A DNA stretch of 64,000 nucleotides from Bugula neritina. Its lineage: Eukaryota; Animalia; Bryozoa. The stretch spans positions 30,556,773 through 30,620,772 of the forward strand of contig OZ037766.1 in NCBI GenBank assembly GCA_964035545.1, in the 5' to 3' direction. A model generated the notes under the pieces. It ran no database searches and was not told where the DNA came from. It saw only the letters and a list, made by a program, of their open reading frames with translations. The first letter of the stretch is position 1. Each line of letters begins with the position of its first letter. The position numbers were made by a program, and so were the translations under genes. Shown here in pieces: positions 56,401 to 64,000 of the stretch.

Positions 56401-59400
56401 CAAGTATATCTGAATATTCATTATAGTATATTGCTTCGTTGATTTTGTTCCCCTATATTCAATAAAACTCAGTTGGTTATAGTCACCATCCCTGAGAAAA
56501 AACCTAATAAAATGGCTTTTTCAAACTAGCTAAACACTCTTTTGACAAACAAGCAGTTATGACCAAATGCTCTTTCTAACATCACTGATGACCGTTACTA
56601 TAAGAGATAGCGCAACTGACGCTGTGTTTACTAAGCCAATGATTTAACCACTGAACCAAGGCAGCTCCTAATAAACCAACATGTAAAGTGCATATAATTA
56701 AATTTATATAATTTATTATAGAAGAGTTTAGCTATTTCACCTCTTTTTTCATCATACTCATACACCTCAACTTCAGTAAACCGAAACTTGATGTTGAGAT
56801 TATGAGTGTAGACTGTGAGTTGGTATATGAGTGGGTATCTCTCCTTTCCTCGTCTATCCTTGCAGGAAACATAAAACTCTCGATACTTAGGTGTTTGCCA
56901 TACGTCTCTACATAACTCCCAGTCCCCTGAGTAGTTTGCAGGATGCTTTGATGAAACAGATGCATGGGTATAAACTGTGAATGGTTGGAATGTTGTCTCA
57001 ATAACTGAAAAATAATAGTTCTATGAAAAAAATATAAAAGTAGTAAAAAAACATTATATTTAGTGATAGCTAGAAATATGAAAGTTATTAGAAGAATTAA
57101 TACTTAAAAAATATATTCATATAATTAATTTTTTATGGCAGTGAGGGCTGGGTGACTTATGACTCAATATGTACATAAAGAAATACATTATGAGGGTGTA
57201 GTTTAGCATGGCAGAATTATCCCCTCTTTGACATAGTTTAATAGCTCTCCCAATATTCAGATGAGTGGTTAATAGATATTTAGTAGACACATAGCAGGCT
57301 TTTTATAGACACCATGTGACACCTATTAGATAACCTGGAGACACATTGTAGACACCATGTAAACACCCTGTAGACACCTAGTAGATACATTATAGTAAAT
57401 ACCCTGTATCAAGACACCTTATAGTAGACACACTGTAGACACATTGCAAACACCTTATAGTAGATACCCTGTAGACACCTTATAATAGACACCCTATAGA
57501 CACATTATAGTAGACACCCTGTAGACACCTTGTAGACACCCTGTAGACACATTGTAAATACATTATATTAGACACCCTGTAGACACCTTATAGTAGATAC
57601 CCTGTAGACACCTTATAGTAGATACCCTGTAGACACCCTGTAAACACCTAGTAGACACCCTGTAGACACATTGTAGACACCTTATATTAGATACCCTGTA
57701 GACACCTAGTAGACACCCTGTAGGCAGCCTGTAGACACCTTATATTAGACACCTTTCAAATTAGTATTTTAATCAGAGTTCTTTCTTCTGTAGACTAGCA
57801 ACTCTTTAACTTTAAAAAATTCATTGCTGCATCAGTTGTTAATCACTATTTTTTCTATAAGTTTAAAACCGATAAAGAAAACTAAAACCTACGGCACAGT
57901 TGGTTTCCGCAGTCTTTTGGAAGGACAAAGACAATATGGGAAAGTCTGAGTAGTTTTTGCTGCATTAGCTTTATTGTAATCCAAGACCATTTCTCTAGGT
58001 TGTTGAATGCTGGGCCATCAGTTACTCTATCCGTTAAAAGACTGAAACTCTGTGCTTGCAACGTATCTTCAGCAAAGACCTTCAACCCATAAGCTTTGTT
58101 TATAACTCCTGCAATGCAAAACTTTAATATTACCATTTTACAAGTTAGAATTTTGTAGAGTATAGCCTTAAAATACTTAATATTCAACCAAAAAATATTA
58201 TATTATTTGGCAAGATTATATATTATATATTGGGTTTTATTATGCAGGTTATATTAAATTATGTCTTATGATATATCACTAATTGATGCATCAAACTTAT
58301 GATATAAAGTATTATAACAAATTGATTGCCATAGGTATAGTCACTAATCTTAAGCTTGTGTTGGAACAATTTGAGATTTTCTGTTGGTAAAATTTTTAAA
58401 TTTGCATAATTAAGGTAGAAAATCAGGTGGCTTTTTTCTAAAAAATATTTTTAACTAAACTGTCTCTTTTGTTATTTTTAAACTCAGAGATTGGCAAACA
58501 ATCTGGTGCTAGTATGTTGGAGTTGGGTACAGTTCATTTAGTACACAAGTTGTCCCGTACACATCTTATAGGTTGTACACATCAATATAAACTATCTACA
58601 ATACATATTTTTCTAATAATAATTCATCATTTGATGTATGAGTCAAAAAGTAACAATAGATTAATAGTAATATAAAATATTGATCAAAAGGAATATAAAC
58701 CCAAAAAATAAGAGCATTTTTAATAATCATATAAATTATAAAATCAATATTTGTATTAACGCATTTAAGTTCATCATAGTTATAATAGATTAATATAAAA
58801 CATTGGTCAATAAGTGACATAGCAAGTGTAACAGATACACGCTGGGATGCAATAAATAAGTAAACTAATATCATTCAAGTGGTTTTCCAGTGGATTAATT
58901 TAATACCCATTTTGTATGAGAAATGGAGAGCAGTTTGTATACCAAACAACCAATTTGTATAGGAAACAACTGATGTACAAAACAATTTGGGCATGAAACG
59001 AGAGTTACCCGTTAGAGTTATGTTACCTATGCCAAAAATTTGCACTCGCTTAAGCACCAGACCAGGTGAATTTTCTCCAGCTACAATAATAAATTTTCTC
59101 ATCAGTCTGTGTGGGTCACCATGGTTACATGTTACTATGGATTTGACTTCAGCTGGTCCACCTTGAAGTCTGCAGATGTCTGTATTTGGAAGAAGGTGGG
59201 GAGGAGCACGTTGCAGTCTATCATGACTCAGAGAAGTCAAGTATGTTACATATTTTAACTCATAAGCTTCTATAACAACCAACAACTAATATATAACATT
59301 GCTGACAGCAAGCAGTAAAATTTTGTTTATACAAAGATTAACTTCACTACAAAATAAATAGATATTATAGTTTATTTAAAAGCTTACAAGTGTATTTAGC

Positions 59401-62400
59401 ATTTAATTTTAAAGTTACAAACTGAAAAAAGTTTTCTACTTTCAGTATCTTTTCAAAACACAAAATATAAATTTAATATTATCACATATACATATAGGCA
59501 TCCACAAGATTTCCGAGAGCTTGAACTGCAGTTTACTATTTAAACTTGGCTTAGTGTTTTCATAAATTAATCTAAGCAAAATAGGTCTTATTCTAACTTT
59601 AGCTCATTATGCTTATATTTATACAAAAATGGATTTTTTTAAAACATTTTTTTATAATTCGGTGTTCTAAGCTTTTTTAGCCAAGTTTCACAAAGACCTG
59701 TCTTGCTAGTTTAAAATGAGTTGCCATATTGGAGGACTCTTCTCGGACTTATTAACATACAATCAACTTACCTGGTATATTTAAACATTTTTTAGCATCT
59801 TTAGTAGTCCCTCTTTCAACTATAGCATAGTAAAACCTGATGCTCAGTCTAACAAACACTGACCAATACCCGTAACTCTCTCTTACTCCAATAAACACTT
59901 GATCAGGATTGGAGTTGACAGCATTTTGTGAGCGAAATTTGATACCTTGTTTCTGGCATACACTTGAACTAAAACTGGAACTGCTAGCTTGATCTTGCCC
60001 TTCTGTAATTTAAAACATATTTTGAAACATTTAAATTGTTAATAATAAATTGTCCAATTTAAGCTAACTAGAATCATGTTTGGTTGAGTAGCAATACAAA
60101 ATAAATCGGTTATAGAATAATAAACTTGAGGACAATAGGAAAACAAAATACCTGGACATTTATCTACGCAGAATTTGTTTTTGATACTGTACTGTTTGTC
60201 AGGATGATCAACAAACTCATTAGAGACAATGTCATAAAACTTTTCAGAATGCCCTTGATTACAATTCTTAACACAACCACCAGATGGGAACGTATAGAAA
60301 TCTTCACAATTTTTAAACTACAACAATGAACAAAGTTATAAAAGTTTAGTATACATTACTTGAAAGTTTTTTTTGTAAATGAAACTTATCAAACGGTAAA
60401 AAGGTTATTTACTTTTATTAGCAAAGAAAACAAATTGTAATAAAAACGCTTAATCTCTCCTCAATACCTTAAGACATTGAAACCAATTTGATCCTGTACA
60501 TCCAGTAAGGCAGTTTTGGTGACAGCAATGATCTTTTGTTCTGAAGTAGCAACCAGTTGTGCAGTTGGAATGACAATTGGTGAAATCCAATTGACAACGG
60601 GTTGAACCTGGACCCCAGCAGTTGTTTCCAAAACAAGAAGTACCACAATTTTCTTCAAAATGAATAGTAAACTTGAATAAAATGAAAAGTAAATAAAGAA
60701 CTACTTCTGCTATGCTCTAAGAACTGTATATCTATATTATATTTTTATCAGATTAGAATATGCTTATGATAGCAACATAAATTCAATACGTGTTATTTGA
60801 TTAAGCTCCTAATTTTATTTACTATATGTGTTTTTGTTTGCTATATATATGCAAATTGGTAATAAGCCAGTTATAGCACACTATTTGGTACCTATAATGT
60901 GTATAACCATATATATTGTATATATGTACTCTTATACTTTTTGTGTGACATTTCTGGCTTCTTTGATAGAGCCAAAAGCTTAAGCAGTATAGCCTAAAAT
61001 TAGAAAAGCTGTTCATTATAAGCATGTTGAAGCATTTTACCTGCGCGACATGCTTGATTTTTTAAACCAAAGTATGCATAAGATACAGTGCCGGCAGTGA
61101 TAACCTTTGACCAATCTATTTTCTCTTCATAGCAATCATTAACCGTAAGCTGAATGCTTCCTTTGGCGACCTCTAGAAAAAACCAACTAAACATTTTTTG
61201 TATATAAAAATCAAGATTTACAACAAAAGCTAATTATACTACTTACTATAGCTATATACTGCTTGTAAAACAATTAGTTATAATATAAACCAAGTAGTCA
61301 ATTTTTTGTCTACTGGTTCCAGCTTAGAATAAAAGTTTCATATTGTTAGTCATAAGCTAAGCTGAAACTTGACACTCATTACTTCAACTAGCTTATATAT
61401 AATTTGAGTTCAAACTTTACAATTAATATTTAGTCAATTTGACTGCAAGCTCTTACACAAGTTAGTTTGATGAATAATAAAACTGAACTCTATCATGCTC
61501 AACTACAATCTTACAGCAAGCAGATTCTTAGCTTTTATTATGTTATAATACGTTATCTATAGTATAGTATGCTATTACGTTGTATTTGTATATGTAATGC
61601 ATTATATTATATATAATGATATGGCATACGTAATATAATAGTTATAATAAAATGTATTGAAGAGGGATATATTATATTGTAGTATATACTACAAAATAAT
61701 ATATCTCTTTTCAATATATTTCAATATAATTTTTATATTAAGTATACCATATCATTTTATATTGCATTATATAATAACCTATCTTATATTAAAATGAAGG
61801 TTATTACTGAAATTGATTCATTGATTTATTGTTATGACTGCACATAAATGGTGCCCTATAAACTATTATCAACAATTAACTTCGTGAGGTTAAACTATAC
61901 AGCCTTTCAACAAAAGTTTTAGATTGAATTCACTTAGTATACAATGAAAGTAACCGGTGACTATAAAAGGCACCTTTCATTATAGTAAGTTTCATGAACA
62001 CTAGAAATTATATTTGTGATGGTTTATTTTCTGATTTGAAATGGGAGAGCAGAAGAGAGATAAGGATCTCTTTTATTCAATGTACTTACTTCTAAGGTTT
62101 TGCAGTCCAATTCCTTCAAGAGTTTTGTGACTGGAGTAATCTAACTCTAAACCAACTCTACCGTTGTATAAGGTTTTACCGCCAATTGTGTTGAGATTAG
62201 GGAAGACGGGTGGTATATTTTTTGGATCTGAATTGGTGGAATGGGAAATGATGGCTACGTATCCAGAAACATCAGTTATCAATTTAAGATGGTTAACCAG
62301 TTTTCCATACACAGAAGGGTTGAGCTCAATATGTACGTTTCCTGTGATGTACTTACACTGGTAATACAGACGACTGTAGTAATGCAGCAGTTGGTTACCT

Positions 62401-63992
62401 GAATACTCCTTCTCTACACTTCTGTCTTCTGATTGGCCCTCACACACTTGGTCTAGAAGTTCTACAAATTACCAACTCTTTTATAAACAAACTATAATAG
62501 AGCAGCCGGTTTAGGAGTTAGAAAGTTTGCCTCGTAAACACGAGGTCATTGGTGATGTTAAGAAGTGCATCCAGACATAATTGCTTCTGTGCCTCATTTA
62601 GATAAGTTTTTAGCCTGCTTTAACAAAAACTCTTTCTATCAGAGATTTCTCACAAAGATAGTGAAGATAAAGTTTTGTGAGTTTTTTTACAAACAAACGA
62701 TAACCAAAGTGAAGTCATCTAAGTTTTTTTAGTCTTGCTTCTATACTTTTTAAGAACAGCAAAATAATATATAAAAGAGCAAATGTTTGGTTAAAAAACT
62801 AAGTGTTAACTATATCAAACCCTTATCTTTGAAAAATCTTCAGCGTTGGCCATAAGTAAACCAAAGAATAGTAATTGCTAATAATAAATAACATGAAAAA
62901 TTCATCAGCTGTCCTTTTTATAACCAATTTTAATATTACAGTTTATAACACATTTTAAAGCTTTTTTGCTGTAATTTTTTATTAACAGAATTTTTTATTT
63001 TCTTTTTCAACAAATCGAACAACTTTTAATTAGTTTTAAATTTTTACTCTATTATAGACCTAAATACATGCATATATTTTAATTTATACTTTCCTGATAT
63101 AATAGCCGGTACTTCTATTGTTTGTTAGTCCGGAATGCATTTTCATGACACTTTCTTATTTAGAAACATTATTTTGCATTAAATAGTCATCTTATTAGTA
63201 CCGCATAAATCATTTACATTGTGCGAGAATGAAGGCTATGAACTCTTCATAACTCTTCATCGTGTCAACATAAAAGCAGATGCTTTATTTGCATAGCTAA
63301 ATTAAAGGTTCTATATGTACCACACAGCTCAACAATGCGAGGCGATTATTTCATGACAGAAAACATTTTTCTAATTCTGATAGAGAAGATAGTTTTTTCC
63401 AAAATATTTTTAGACAACAATAAGGGATAAAAATTTGTGACAAAGTGTTTTGGTAAGACAACTACTCGAATAAATTGACAAAAGCTTTTAGAAAAAAATA
63501 TACTGGTTGCCACGAAATTATTAACAAGCTCTCAGATGCATGATTAAAGTACTGGTAAAGAATTTTATGTCTGGGTTCTTCAAGTGTTTTTCAAATATAT
63601 AGTAAGAAAAAGAAAATTATACGTGATGGAGTAATTTAAGCATTGTAAATCTAAAGACAGCATAAAAACCACTTAAAGATCTGTGTTATAACTAACCAAA
63701 GCGTACAAATACTTTGTCATTGAATCAGTATTAATTATGTTCTAAAGTACATTAAATGCAATTTTAAAGCATATAATCAATAAAATAACTATACTATTGA
63801 GTATTGAGATATTGTAATATTTGAATAGTTTCAATAGGATGCTTATGAACTAAATTATCTAACTGATAACTTTTACAGCTTCTTATTGGTTTAATATTAA
63901 TCAATAAACCAACCAGAAAGTTGCTGACATTCTATTGTAGAGTACGATACCAAGCAAATCATTATGCAAACCTTTGCTGTTAATAAGAACAT
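50437..63992 (-). CDS. R4: inverted kinase-less EGFR-ectodomain-like receptor paralog with one FN3-like domain and a ~70-aa tail; 18 exons, ~1182 aa
   Basis: Exons (minus): 63914-63992, 62090-62461, 61041-61172, 60468-60652, 60152-60317, 59772-60002, 59027-59269, 57893-58108, 56741-57004, 56034-56237, 55616-55814, 54609-54802, 53860-54089, 53060-53193, 52209-52384, 51393-51527, 51067-51215, 50437-50676 (3549 nt). Signal peptide MFLLTAKVCIMICLVSYSTIEC on a 79-nt phase-1 exon like R2/R3; TM ALLTAILLAVICVLSIVLVTICIGYCL followed by TKKEK. Confidence 0.86.
51695..52000. repeat. ~23-bp minisatellite (GGGTTAATGAGTGTAGTGGTTTG), about 13 copies
   Basis: Direct reading; R4 intron. Confidence 0.92.
54162..54385. 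mobile_element. hAT-like MITE, about 224 bp
   Basis: TIRs CAGGGGTGGGCAACT and AGTTGCACACCCCTG (CAGGGG termini are typical of hAT elements); left flank TACTAGAG, right flank only a degenerate match. Confidence 0.75.
55383..55602. repeat. ~24-bp minisatellite (TTAGCACATAAAATACTGTAATGT), about 9 copies
   Basis: Direct reading; starts just inside the donor end of R4 intron 11. Confidence 0.88.
57283..57755. repeat. Irregular minisatellite built from 11-bp TAGACACCCTG / TAGACACCTTA units
   Basis: Direct reading; R4 intron 8. Confidence 0.9.
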
Positions 63993-64000
63993 TGCAAATA

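Noticed and set aside
56732-57001. ORF-track proteins such as 56732-57001, 13051-13272, 40926-41150 and 60461-60658
   Set aside because: Wrong-frame readings of real receptor exons; the spliced frame is the one matching the paralogs.
62495-62620. Further SINE-like fragments near 62500, 56600 and 11250
   Set aside because: Too degenerate to delimit or assign without a repeat library.

Overview
AT-rich, intron-containing animal DNA, probably an invertebrate; the species cannot be determined from the sequence. Bases 381-8284 (- strand) hold 16 coding exons of PWP2/UTP1, with the last exon apparently off the left edge. Several of its introns are largely tandem repeats. The rest of the window is a cluster of four paralogous single-pass receptor genes that I assembled by hand from GT-AG sites and reading frame: R1 10742-25666 (+, ~1370 aa), R2 26723-36738 (+, ~1462 aa), R3 38844-49442 (+, ~1563 aa) and R4 50437-63992 (-, ~1182 aa). 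Each encodes a signal peptide and a complete EGFR/ErbB-type ectodomain (L1, Cys-rich domain II with dimerization arm, L2, Cys-rich domain IV). Three things differ from EGFR. First, ~320 aa forming two F5/8-type-C/F-type-lectin-like domains are inserted inside domain II, right after the dimerization arm, on four phase-1 exons. Second, one or two FN3-like domains precede the TM helix. Third, there is no tyrosine kinase domain; instead there are divergent cytoplasmic tails with Tyr motifs. The cluster also shows exon-scale gene conversion of the Cys-rich exons, a precise intron loss, a domain loss, a relic terminal exon, MITEs and short tRNA-derived insertions. Domain names come from motif recognition, not from database searches.
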